Program-made: the position numbers and the translations under genes
Notes under the pieces: model-generated
Seen by the model: the letters and a program-made list of their open reading frames with translations, nothing else
What the model was told of the DNA's origin: nothing
Databases searched by the model: none
Source of the DNA: Acidimicrobiia bacterium
GTDB taxonomy: Bacteria; Actinomycetota; Acidimicrobiia; Acidimicrobiales; Aldehydirespiratoraceae
Reading direction: 5' to 3'
NCBI GenBank assembly: GCA_003231645.1
Contig: QIIW01000026.1
Span: forward strand, 8,775-72,774
Length of the DNA stretch: 64,000 nucleotides
Part shown: positions 17,137 through 26,336 of the stretch, one piece after another
Numbering within the stretch: the first letter of the stretch is position 1
Layout: each line of letters starts with the position of its first letter

Positions 17137-19617
17137 ATGACCCACAAACCCGGATCGAAACGTCTGATCGCGGTCGCCGCCGCTTTCGCCCTTCTGGCGA
17201 CAGCCTGCAGCGGATCGGATTCCGCCTCCGAGCCGACCACCACCACCACCGCCACCACGGTGGCCACGACCACCACGACCGGGCCTCGTTACCGCGCCAC
17301 CATCCGCCGCACGGAGAACAACGTGCCGCACATTCTCGCCGATGACATGGGTGGCCTCGGGTTCGGCTACGGCTATGCGTTCGGCGAAGACGATCTGTGC
17401 TCACTGGCCGACGTGATCGTGCAGGTCAACAGCGAACGGGCGAAGTATCACGGGCCCTCCGAACTTCCCACCGATGTCGTCTACAAGGCGATCGACCTCA
17501 TGGGACGGGCCCGGGCCGGATTTGATGCCCTCGATCCCGATCTCCAGGATCTGATCCGCGGCTACGCGGCCGGCTACAACGCCTACCTCGAAAAGGTCGG
17601 GCCGGACGGCGTGTCGGGATGGTGCAAGGGCGCGCCGTGGGTCCGTCCGATCGACGAGTACGACCTCGCCGCCTACTACAAGAGCCTCACCCTCCGAGCC
17701 TCGCTCGACCAGTTCATCGACATGGTCTACCAGGCCGCTCCCCCCGATGCCGGGGCCGACACCAACGCGTCGGCCTCGGCCAACACCGACATCGGAGCAA
17801 TGGAATCGGCGCTCGTGGCGGCCTCCGGGGGGTTCGACCGAATGGCTGGTGCTGACGCCGCTCCGCTGGCCTCCAACGCTTGGGCGGTAGGCCCCGATCG
17901 CACCCTCGACGGCACCACGATGTTGATGGGCAACCCCCATTTCCCCTGGCAGGGGGCGCTCCGGTTCTACGAGGTCCAACTCACCGTGCCCGGCAGGATC
18001 AACGTCTACGGTGCCTCGCTGCTCGGTGTGCCCGTCGTCAACATCGGCTTCAACGATGCCGTGGCGTGGAGCCACACGGTGTCGGCCGGAAATCGCTTCA
18101 CCGCCTACACCCTCGACCTGGTGCCCGGTGATCCCACCAGCTACGTCTACGGCGACGAGACCCGCAAGATGACCTCCAGGACCGTCGACGTCGAGGTCCT
18201 CGACCCCGAAACCGGGGTGGTGTCGACCGAACAACACACCATCTGGTTCAGCCAGTACGGCCCGGTGCTCGACTTCCCGGGCATCGGCTGGACCACCGAG
18301 CGGGCCCTCACGGTGCGCGACGCCAACGCCGACAACGACGCAATTATCCCCCAGTTCCTGGACATGAACACCGCTGGATCGATGGATGAGTTCATCGATG
18401 CCCACCGCCGGAACCAAGGCCTTCCCTGGGTCAACACCATCGCCGCGTCGGCCGACGGCCGCATCTGGTACGCCGATACCTCGGCCACACCCAACCTCTC
18501 GGCCGAAGCACTCGTCGCGTGGCAGGCCAAGGTCGACGCCGGTGGACTCGAGAAACTCGCGCTCGCCCGCCACGTGATTCTGCTCGACGGCAGTGACCCG
18601 CTCTACGAATGGGTCGACGAGCCCGGGGCGCGCGACCCTGGACTGGTGCCCTTCGACAAGATGCCCCAGCTGGAGCGCCGCGATTTCCTGTTCAACGCCA
18701 ACAACTCCTATTGGATCGCCAACCCGGCCGAACCGCTCACCGGCTACTCGCCACTCCATGGCCTCGCCGAAACCCGGCTCTCCCCTCGAGCCCGCATGAA
18801 CGCCACACAGCTCGGTGTCGAAAACGGCGACTCCGGCGCGGACGGGCTCTACACACTCGACGAGCTGGCGGCCTCGGCGCTGGGTGACCGGGTCTTCACC
18901 GCCGAACTGCTGGTCGACGAGGTACTCGCACGCTGCGAGCAGGCGGGCGATGCCGCGCCCCCGTCGGCCACTGCCGGCTGTCTCGTCCTCTCCAGGTGGG
19001 ATCGTCACGTCAATCTCGACAGTCGGGGTGCGGTGGTCTGGCGCGAGTTTATTTCGCGCCTCGGCAACGACGTGTGGGGCTCGTCGTTCGACCCCTCCGA
19101 TCCCATCGGCACACCGTCGGGGCTCGCCGCCGCCGTGGGTGGCGATGACCCGATCCTCACCGCGCTGGGCACCGCCGTCGACATCGTCCGAACCGCCGGT
19201 TTCGCACTTGACGCGCCGCTCGGCGAGGTCCAGTTCGCCGACCGCAACGGTGAACGAATACCGATCCACGGCGGCACCGGCGCCGAGGGCGTCACCAACA
19301 TCGTGGTCGGGGGCAGCAACAACACCACCACCGAGCCCGGAATCGACCTGGGCAAACCGGTCGCCGAAGACACCGACCTGACCCCCGACGGCTACTCGGT
19401 CGCCTACGGAACCAGTTTCATCTACGCCCTCGAGTTCACCGCCGACGGCCCGGTGGCCAAGGCGTTGCTGACCTACGGCGAGACCGGTGACCCGACATCT
19501 CCCTACTTCTCGGATCAGACCAAGCGGTTCTCGAACAAGGACTGGCGCACCGTCGAGTTCACCGAGGCCGCCATTGCCGACGATCAGAGTCTCAAGACCT
19601 ATGAGGTGACCGGATGA
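17137..19617 (+). CDS. penicillin/AHL acylase family Ntn-hydrolase, probable lipoprotein
   Basis: ATG 17137 follows GGAGGGG. Signal/lipobox KRLIAVAAAFALLATAC. Self-processing nucleophile context PLASNAWAVGP followed by MGNPHFPW. Confidence 0.9.
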   Translation: MTHKPGSKRLIAVAAAFALLATACSGSDSASEPTTTTTATTVATTTTTGPRYRATIRRTENNVPHILADDMGGLGFGYGYAFGEDDLCSLADVIVQVNSERAKYHGPSELPTDVVYKAIDLMGRARAGFDALDPDLQDLIRGYAAGYNAYLEKVGPDGVSGWCKGAPWVRPIDEYDLAAYYKSLTLRASLDQFIDMVYQAAPPDAGADTNASASANTDIGAMESALVAASGGFDRMAGADAAPLASNAWAVGPDRTLDGTTMLMGNPHFPWQGALRFYEVQLTVPGRINVYGASLLGVPVVNIGFNDAVAWSHTVSAGNRFTAYTLDLVPGDPTSYVYGDETRKMTSRTVDVEVLDPETGVVSTEQHTIWFSQYGPVLDFPGIGWTTERALTVRDANADNDAIIPQFLDMNTAGSMDEFIDAHRRNQGLPWVNTIAASADGRIWYADTSATPNLSAEALVAWQAKVDAGGLEKLALARHVILLDGSDPLYEWVDEPGARDPGLVPFDKMPQLERRDFLFNANNSYWIANPAEPLTGYSPLHGLAETRLSPRARMNATQLGVENGDSGADGLYTLDELAASALGDRVFTAELLVDEVLARCEQAGDAAPPSATAGCLVLSRWDRHVNLDSRGAVVWREFISRLGNDVWGSSFDPSDPIGTPSGLAAAVGGDDPILTALGTAVDIVRTAGFALDAPLGEVQFADRNGERIPIHGGTGAEGVTNIVVGGSNNTTTEPGIDLGKPVAEDTDLTPDGYSVAYGTSFIYALEFTADGPVAKALLTYGETGDPTSPYFSDQTKRFSNKDWRTVEFTEAAIADDQSLKTYEVTG

Positions 19618-20381
19618 CCCAACGGCCGTCACGCGTTCGGATGGCGCTCGAGCTTCGAGCCCTGCCGGAGCTCTGGGGATTTATCGCCGCGGCCCCCGCC
19701 CTCTGGTCGATGCTGCCCCGAGGCAAGGGCCGGCCGGTGCTGGTGTTGCCGGGATTCATGGCCGGCGACTCGAGCACCCGACCGCTCCGCATCCTGTTGA
19801 GGGCGCTGGGTCACAACGCCGTCGGCTGGGGGCTCGGATCCAACATCGGACCCACCGCCAACATTCTCGAAGGCATGATCGAGCTCCTCGACCGACTCGA
19901 CCGGGAAGACGGCCCGGTCGACGTGATCGGCTGGAGCCTTGGTGGCATCTACGGCCGTGAAATGGCCCGCCTCGCCCCCGGCGCCGTCAGGCAGGTGATC
20001 ACCCTCGGCAGCCCGTTTCAGATAAGCGACTCCAACGAGTCGAACGTGGGACCGATGTTCCGCGCGCTCGCACGGACCCACTCCGACCAGATCATGATGC
20101 CCCGTATCGCCGACCATGCCCGCGAGCAGATCGCGGTGCCGACCACGTCGGTCTATTCGCGTACCGACGGGATCGTTCGCTGGAGTCACTGCCTCGACCC
20201 CGACCAACCGTTCAGTGAGAACATCGAGGTGAGAGGCAGCCACTGCGGACTTGGCCACAATCCCGCCGCGGTGATGGTGATCGCCGACCGCCTCGCTCAC
20301 GTCACCGGGCAGTGGAAGCCCTACGCCCCGCCCGCCGCGGCACGAAACCTGTTCCCTGATCCGGTCGACTACGTCGCATAG
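19614..20381 (+). CDS. alpha/beta-fold hydrolase
   Basis: The start overlaps the acylase stop (ATGA). Nucleophile elbow GWSLGG. VLVLPGF oxyanion-region strand. Confidence 0.8.
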   Translation: MTQRPSRVRMALELRALPELWGFIAAAPALWSMLPRGKGRPVLVLPGFMAGDSSTRPLRILLRALGHNAVGWGLGSNIGPTANILEGMIELLDRLDREDGPVDVIGWSLGGIYGREMARLAPGAVRQVITLGSPFQISDSNESNVGPMFRALARTHSDQIMMPRIADHAREQIAVPTTSVYSRTDGIVRWSHCLDPDQPFSENIEVRGSHCGLGHNPAAVMVIADRLAHVTGQWKPYAPPAAARNLFPDPVDYVA

Positions 20382-20412
20382 CCGCGTCGGTCGACACGGT
20401 AGCGTCGAACGC

Positions 20413-21411
20413 GTGTCGAGCCTGCCTCCCAAGCCCGTCCGACGTGCGATCACCCTCCCGGCCCTGACTTTCGGGATACTGATCGCAATCGTCGTGTCTC
20501 CGGTAGTTGTCCCGGTCCTCATCCTGATCGATCTGGTCACCGGCCCGAGGCGGATGCGGCGCACTCGCTTCTGGCTACTCGTGATCGGCAGTGCCCTCAC
20601 GGAGTTCGGCGGCGCGTGTCTGGGCAACATCGCCCTTGTCCGTTACGGCTGGCGGCGGGGCAACCCGGGCTGGTTCGAAGGCAACGAACGGGCCCAGTTC
20701 TGGTGGGTCACCCATCATCTCGACAACATCCAGCGTTTCGCGGGCCCGAAGATCGAGGTCGAGAATCCGGAGGAATGCTCGATCGGAAATGCGATCGTGC
20801 TCTCTCACCACACCAGCCACATCGACTCACTCCTGCCCGCCTACCTGTTCGGGCCCCACGGTGGGCTCCACGTCCAGTACACCCTCAAGGACACCCTCCA
20901 GTGGCTGCCGGCCATGGACCTGGTGGTCGGTAACCTCCCCAACGTGTGGATCCGAAGGCGACCGGAGCCCGGCTCACCGATGTTCGCCGAGATCGAGCGA
21001 CTGGGTGCCTCCACCGACCACGGCAACGTCACGGTGATTTTTCCGGAAGGCACGTTCTTCACCCCGGAAAGACTCGACGCCGGCGCGACACGCGTGGCAG
21101 AGAAACGACCCGACCTGGAACCGATGATTCGCGGCTTCAAGCACTGCCTTCCCATCAGGCCGGCCGGGGTGATGGCATTGCTCCGCGGGGCACCCGATGC
21201 CGACCTGGTGATCATCGGACATGCCGGGCTCGAGGATTTCGTGTTCCTCGCCGACATAGCCTCGAATATCCCAGCCGAACGACCGTGGAAGATCCACCTG
21301 TGGCGGTTCGCGCGGTCCACGGTTCCCGACGACGAAGACGAATTGCTCACTTGGCTCACCCGGCGGTGGGTCGAAATGGACGACTGGATCGATGTCCAGA
21401 TGAACTCATGA
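20413..21411 (+). CDS. lysophospholipid (1-acylglycerol-3-phosphate-type) acyltransferase, membrane-anchored
   Basis: HX4D motif (SHHTSHIDSLL) and FPEGT motif. Two N-terminal hydrophobic segments. Confidence 0.8.
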   Translation: MSSLPPKPVRRAITLPALTFGILIAIVVSPVVVPVLILIDLVTGPRRMRRTRFWLLVIGSALTEFGGACLGNIALVRYGWRRGNPGWFEGNERAQFWWVTHHLDNIQRFAGPKIEVENPEECSIGNAIVLSHHTSHIDSLLPAYLFGPHGGLHVQYTLKDTLQWLPAMDLVVGNLPNVWIRRRPEPGSPMFAEIERLGASTDHGNVTVIFPEGTFFTPERLDAGATRVAEKRPDLEPMIRGFKHCLPIRPAGVMALLRGAPDADLVIIGHAGLEDFVFLADIASNIPAERPWKIHLWRFARSTVPDDEDELLTWLTRRWVEMDDWIDVQMNS

Positions 21412-22196
21412 GCGGGGACATCAACTTGTTGGCGACCGCCGCCCTGGCCCTGCTGGTACTGATGGTGCTCGCCTGGCTCCTCAGCCTGCCGCTGCGCAAC
21501 GCCGGCATCGTCGATGTCGTATGGGGAGCCGGTTTCGTCGTCGTCACATGGGTGAGCGCCCTGACGGGCGACACCAATACCACCCGCTCCAATCTCATAA
21601 CCGCCATGGTCACGGTTTGGGGTGCCCGCCTCGCTGTCCACCTGTGGTGGCGCAGCCGCGGCCGAGGCGAGGACCTCCACCACCGCGCCATGCGCAAGCA
21701 CGCCGGGGACCGGTTCGTCATCAGCAGTCTGGTCACCGTATTCTTGTTTCAGGGACTTCTCATTTGGATCGTGTCACTGCCGGTGCAGTTGGTGATGTCG
21801 CAGGTGTCACCCGATATGGGGGTCATCGCCGTGCTCGGTGTGGTCATCTGGGGCGTCGGGTTCTTCTTCGAGTCGGTCGGCGACTCTCAGCTCGTCCGGT
21901 TCAAGGCCGATCCCGACAATGAAGGTCGACTGCTCGATTCGGGACTGTGGCGCTACACCCGTCACCCCAACTACTTCGGTGACTTCTGCGTCTGGTGGGG
22001 AATCTTTCTGGTGGCAGCCGAGACCACCGACGCCAGGTACGCGGTGATCAGCCCCATCGTCATGACGATCCTGTTGATCCACATCTCGGGGGTGAGGCCA
22101 CTCGAACGTTCGCTCGTCAAGCACAAACCTGGCTACGCCGACTACATCACCCGTACCTCGGCGTTCTTTCCTCGCCCACCGCGGAGGGCGTCATGA
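21408..22196 (+). CDS. DUF1295 / steroid 5-alpha-reductase-like membrane protein
   Basis: ATG 21408 overlaps the upstream stop (ATGA). Polytopic, with LWRYTRHPNYFGDF signature. The upstream part of the 416-aa track ORF is rejected. Confidence 0.85.
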   Translation: MSGDINLLATAALALLVLMVLAWLLSLPLRNAGIVDVVWGAGFVVVTWVSALTGDTNTTRSNLITAMVTVWGARLAVHLWWRSRGRGEDLHHRAMRKHAGDRFVISSLVTVFLFQGLLIWIVSLPVQLVMSQVSPDMGVIAVLGVVIWGVGFFFESVGDSQLVRFKADPDNEGRLLDSGLWRYTRHPNYFGDFCVWWGIFLVAAETTDARYAVISPIVMTILLIHISGVRPLERSLVKHKPGYADYITRTSAFFPRPPRRAS

Positions 22197-22981
22197 CCAC
22201 CACTCCGACCGAGTCGCGCCGTCCCATCGACCCGGACGTGGTCGAGTTCACTATCGAAGTGGCTCGTGAAGCCGGTCGACTCACCCTCAACTGGTTCCAG
22301 ACCGCATCGCTGTCAATCGAACACAAGTCGGATGGAACACCGGTCACCGCCGCCGACCTGGCCGCCGAGAACCTCATACGCGAACGGATCAAGCGTCGTT
22401 TCCCCGACGACGCGATCATCGGTGAGGAACACGGCCCCACGACCGGCACATCCGGACGCACCTGGGTGATAGACCCGATCGATGGCACCAAGGCGTTCAT
22501 CCGGGGTGTGCCTCTCTACAGCAATCTCATCGCGATGATCGACTCTCGCGGCCCGGCCGTAGGCGTCATCAACCTCCCCGGTCTCGACGAGATCGTGGCC
22601 GCCGGACGCGGTCTGGGTTGCACCCACCAGGGGCACCCTTGCCGGGTGAGCGACCACCGCACCGTCGCCGGGGCCTACGTCTGCACCAGCGGAATCGGCT
22701 ACTGGCCCACTGATTCCCTCACGAGTGTGCTGGCCAGCGAGGCCGTGTTTCGTACCTGGGGGGACGCGTACGGCTATGCGCTGGTCGCCACCGGCCGAGC
22801 GGAAGCCATGATCGATCCGGAAGCGAAACCCTGGGATCTCGCCCCCATGGCGGTGATCATCCCTGAGGCCGGAGGTACCTTCACAACCGTCGACGGTCGT
22901 AGTGATTGGCAGGGCGGGTCGGGTGTGGCCAGCAATGGGCTGCTGCACCAAGCCGTTCTCGGCCTTCTCGCCCTGCCCTGA
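22193..22981 (+). CDS. inositol monophosphatase family protein (IMPase / HisN-like)
   Basis: ATG 22193 overlaps the upstream stop (ATGA). Motifs GEE, WVIDPIDGT and WDLAP. Confidence 0.85.
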   Translation: MTTTPTESRRPIDPDVVEFTIEVAREAGRLTLNWFQTASLSIEHKSDGTPVTAADLAAENLIRERIKRRFPDDAIIGEEHGPTTGTSGRTWVIDPIDGTKAFIRGVPLYSNLIAMIDSRGPAVGVINLPGLDEIVAAGRGLGCTHQGHPCRVSDHRTVAGAYVCTSGIGYWPTDSLTSVLASEAVFRTWGDAYGYALVATGRAEAMIDPEAKPWDLAPMAVIIPEAGGTFTTVDGRSDWQGGSGVASNGLLHQAVLGLLALP

Positions 22982-23022
22982 CGCCCGGCTCTGTCCAGGT
23001 TACCAACCCAGGGCTGATGTTG

Positions 23023-23973
23023 TTAGAGGCCCATGCCTGCGATCGCGGGGGCGTCCGACTCGATCAGGTTGACTTGCACCATTCGATCACCGAAACGAGA
23101 CGCCTCGTCAATCCCTTTGGCGTAGGTCGCCTTGCGCCGGGCGACGCGTCCACTGACCTCGCACGGCTCCGGCAACCGGCCGATGTACTGCGACTCGATG
23201 CCCTCCTTGAGCATCAGCAGCGATTCGGAACGCAGCTGAGAGATTCTCGACTCGGTCACACCGAGGAAGTCGGCCAGGTCTTGGGAGGTGCGACCTTCGA
23301 GGAAGTAGCCGATCACGACCAGACGGTGGCGCTCGGGAAGCAACGAGATGGCATCGCGCAGATAGGAGTGGAGTTCGCGGATCTCGAGTTCGTTCGATGG
23401 TTCGATCGAAGAATGATCCACCAACACGTCGACGAGGGTGAGATCCTTCTCAACCTCGTCGGTCGTTTCGTGTTCGAGAGCGAGGACGACGGAGCGGAAC
23501 ATGCGGTCCTGGAGACGATGGAGTTCATTTCGGCTCATGCCGAGCGCCTCTGCCATCTCTTCCCTGGTGGGTATACGCCCGAACTCGGTGGCCAGTCGCT
23601 GCTCGGTCCCCTCGAGCTTGCGAGCAAGATTGCGTACGGAGCGGGGCGCCCAGTCGGCGGCCCTCACCGAATCGAGGATTGCACCGCGTATGCGTTGGGC
23701 GGCGAACCGCTCGAAGGGCACGCCTCGGCTCTCGTCGTAGCGGCGGGCCGCCTCCACCAGACCGAGGGCACCCGCCCTGGCCAGATCGTCACGATCGACA
23801 TGACGGGGGAAGTGAACTGCCACCTGGAAAACGATGTGTTTCACCAGCGGGAGGTTCATCTCGATCAGCTCCGCCAGTTCCGGTTCGATCGACCCGGCGC
23901 CAGTCGCCGGCCTCGTGGCGGCCCGCCTGACCCTGCGTCGTCTGACTGATACAACCATGTCGCCCTGATCCAT
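23023..23973 (-). CDS. FliA/WhiG-family (sigma-28 type) RNA polymerase sigma factor with a C-terminal extension
   Basis: Regions 2-4 are recognisable (DDLARAGALGLVEAARRYD; FAAQRIRGAILD; LADFLGVTESRISQLRSESLLMLK). ATG 23973 follows GGGGAG. About 45 extra residues follow region 4.2. Confidence 0.85.
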   Translation of the reverse strand: MDQGDMVVSVRRRRVRRAATRPATGAGSIEPELAELIEMNLPLVKHIVFQVAVHFPRHVDRDDLARAGALGLVEAARRYDESRGVPFERFAAQRIRGAILDSVRAADWAPRSVRNLARKLEGTEQRLATEFGRIPTREEMAEALGMSRNELHRLQDRMFRSVVLALEHETTDEVEKDLTLVDVLVDHSSIEPSNELEIRELHSYLRDAISLLPERHRLVVIGYFLEGRTSQDLADFLGVTESRISQLRSESLLMLKEGIESQYIGRLPEPCEVSGRVARRKATYAKGIDEASRFGDRMVQVNLIESDAPAIAGMGL

Positions 23974-24211
23974 CGCCCCTGTGTCTCCCCTTCTAGCGCC
24001 GGAGTTCCGACCCCTGTGTCGGAGCTTCTGCCAGCGAAGAACGTTTCGGCACGAATCGAATCGACCTTGAGCGATTTCTCGAAAAACGTCTCGTACGACC
24101 TCTACCGGGCCGTACACCAGTGATGATCGGCAGGGCTCGGCCGGCACTTGATGAACAGACCGACCCGTTGTGGGCGCAATGGTCATCATCCGGCGAGGAC
24201 AATGGTCCCGG

Positions 24212-25201
24212 TCAGGTGAAGATCGACAGACCCTCGAATCTCATGGGTTTCACGCCGCGGGATCGGAGATCACGAAGCATCCGCAGCGGCTCGACCACCT
24301 CGGCCAGGCCATAGGCCCCAGGCGGGCAGTAACCGCCTATCACGTGCATGGCCGCCGCCGCGGCAACCGCCCCGGCCGCCACCGCAGGCCGATCGACCGC
24401 GCCAAGCACCGACACCCGTCGCTCCTCTCCCACCAGACCACGAACCTCGACTCTCACCGCGCCGGTGCCGCCCTCGAGATGAGGTTTCCACAGCATCGGC
24501 AGCGGTGATGTGAGACGGTCGCGGCGCGTGGCGGCCACTCTTGCCGTCACCCGAGCGACGTGGGTGAAGGCCGGAACCAACAACAGCGAGTCGGGCAGGG
24601 CGCCGCGATAGCAGTCGCGACCCGCAACCGGATCCGGAAACCACACCAGCTCGCGACCCGACCCGCCGGCCCGCCTGGTCCAGCGACCGTCGCGCCAGTC
24701 GAGGCCGCTCGAACTCAGTGCCCGATGATGCTGTCGAGCGCACGATGGGCCGCCGGCTCCTACCTTTGCCACGTGAATCTCGTCTATCTCGTCGAATTCG
24801 GTTGCCGCGTGACGCGCCAGCAGGCACGTGAGACCCGGCATGAAGCCGGCACCGACGATGAGGGGTACGCCCCGGTACCTGGCTTCCTGGTCGATCGCAA
24901 GGAGCCGACGAACCTCCGACAGATCATCCGATGTGGTGACGACGGGAACCCCGGTGTTGATTGCAGTGCGCGCCCATGCCGCCTGCGAACCCGACGGGGT
25001 GGCGACCACGACCACCGAGAGTTCAGGGGTGATACCACTCGAGTCACCGGGCTCGACGCCGGAACCGAGCGAACGTACGACCCGTCCCATGCGTTCGAAA
25101 TCGGAGTCGTGCAGCGCGACAGACGAGATACCGGCCGACGAGCGCAGTTGCCTCGCGATCCGTGCGCCGGTCGCTCCGGCGCCGATCACCATTACTCGCA
25201 C
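24212..25201 (-). CDS. saccharopine dehydrogenase-like NAD(P)-binding protein
   Basis: VRVMVIGAGATGARIARQL Rossmann start followed by a saccharopine-DH-like C-terminal domain. The start is uncertain (GTG 25201, ATG 25192, or ORF maximum 25282). Confidence 0.7.
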   Translation of the reverse strand: MRVMVIGAGATGARIARQLRSSAGISSVALHDSDFERMGRVVRSLGSGVEPGDSSGITPELSVVVVATPSGSQAAWARTAINTGVPVVTTSDDLSEVRRLLAIDQEARYRGVPLIVGAGFMPGLTCLLARHAATEFDEIDEIHVAKVGAGGPSCARQHHRALSSSGLDWRDGRWTRRAGGSGRELVWFPDPVAGRDCYRGALPDSLLLVPAFTHVARVTARVAATRRDRLTSPLPMLWKPHLEGGTGAVRVEVRGLVGEERRVSVLGAVDRPAVAAGAVAAAAAMHVIGGYCPPGAYGLAEVVEPLRMLRDLRSRGVKPMRFEGLSIFT

Positions 25202-25417
25202 GTCGGGCCCATTCTCACGGATCTCAGCGGAAGTCGTCGCCGCGTAGCTCGCGCCATCCACCGGTCTGGGGGGGTACTCCACCGCTTCCCCTCACGCGGA
25301 TCGCGGCCGCCACGGCCACGCCGGCGCCGATTGCCACCAGACTCCGACGGATCAGAGTAACCAGACCACCACCCATGGTTCCCTTCGGTTTGTCGATGTG
25401 CCACAGCGCACGGGACG

Positions 25418-25491
<74 letters not shown>

Positions 25492-25505
25492 GCGAGGCGA
25501 TCACG

Positions 25506-26267
25506 CTACCGGTCGTCGGAGGTGCTCGCCACCTCTGGATCGGCATCTCCGATGAAGTCATCGGGGATCGGAATGGGGCCGACGGTCTCCGAATCGTGGG
25601 GCATGTCGGGGGGGGCATCAAGTGGTCCGGCCACCGGCTCGACAGGAACTGCCACGGTACGACGAAGCACACCGGGACGTGGTCTGATGCGCTTCGGTCG
25701 GGGTCGGGCCGTCTCTTCCTCGACCACCGTGATCCTGATACCCCCGGTGACGTCGCTGATGAGGTTGAACAACACGGCCATGAGGACGGTGAACCCTGCA
25801 CCGGCGACCACCAACACCAAGCCGCCAATGGCGCTGGCTCGGAAGATCTGATCGGCATTGAAGGCGAAACTGTCGAGGGCGAACAACTTCTGGATGAAAT
25901 TCTCGATGTTGTCGATGGTGCCCGAACCCACCGCCAGGCCCCACAGGATGACGCCGGCGATCAGCATGATCGCCCACAGGCAGAAGTAGAAGATGAGCGA
26001 CATCTTCAACACCGACCATGGTTCGACATGGCGGACCAGTCGTCGCACACGGCGGGCGCGGAGCCTACCGGCCACTCGTCGATCGAGTAACGACGGCCGG
26101 GCGGCCGGTGCCACCTTTACCACAGGCGCGGGGGGCGGTATCTCGGCGACCGGTACCGGTTGTGAGGCATCCACCACCGGCTGCGGCTCCTCGGGAGGCA
26201 TGACCCATTCGTCGCCGGTTGCCGTCCGGAACAGGTCTTCATCTGGCTCGGGCAGGTTCGTCATCAC
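25506..26267 (-). CDS. DUF3566 membrane protein (Rv0007-like, conserved next to gyrA)
   Basis: C-terminal HVEPWSVLKMSLIFYFCLW...LFNLISDVTGGIRITV block typical of the family. Conserved position between gyrA and tRNA-Ile. Confidence 0.88.
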   Translation of the reverse strand: MMTNLPEPDEDLFRTATGDEWVMPPEEPQPVVDASQPVPVAEIPPPAPVVKVAPAARPSLLDRRVAGRLRARRVRRLVRHVEPWSVLKMSLIFYFCLWAIMLIAGVILWGLAVGSGTIDNIENFIQKLFALDSFAFNADQIFRASAIGGLVLVVAGAGFTVLMAVLFNLISDVTGGIRITVVEEETARPRPKRIRPRPGVLRRTVAVPVEPVAGPLDAPPDMPHDSETVGPIPIPDDFIGDADPEVASTSDDR

Positions 26268-26336
26268 TCACGTTCGGCCGACCTCAGTCGGGTCGGGCAC
26301 CATGCGAGTGTATGCGACGACAACGGGAGGGCCTCC

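Noticed and set aside
17401-19632. 743-aa minus-strand ORF opposite the acylase gene
   Set aside because: A shadow ORF. The plus-strand frame has the signal peptide, the Ntn nucleophile context and family blocks, and the antisense frame has none.
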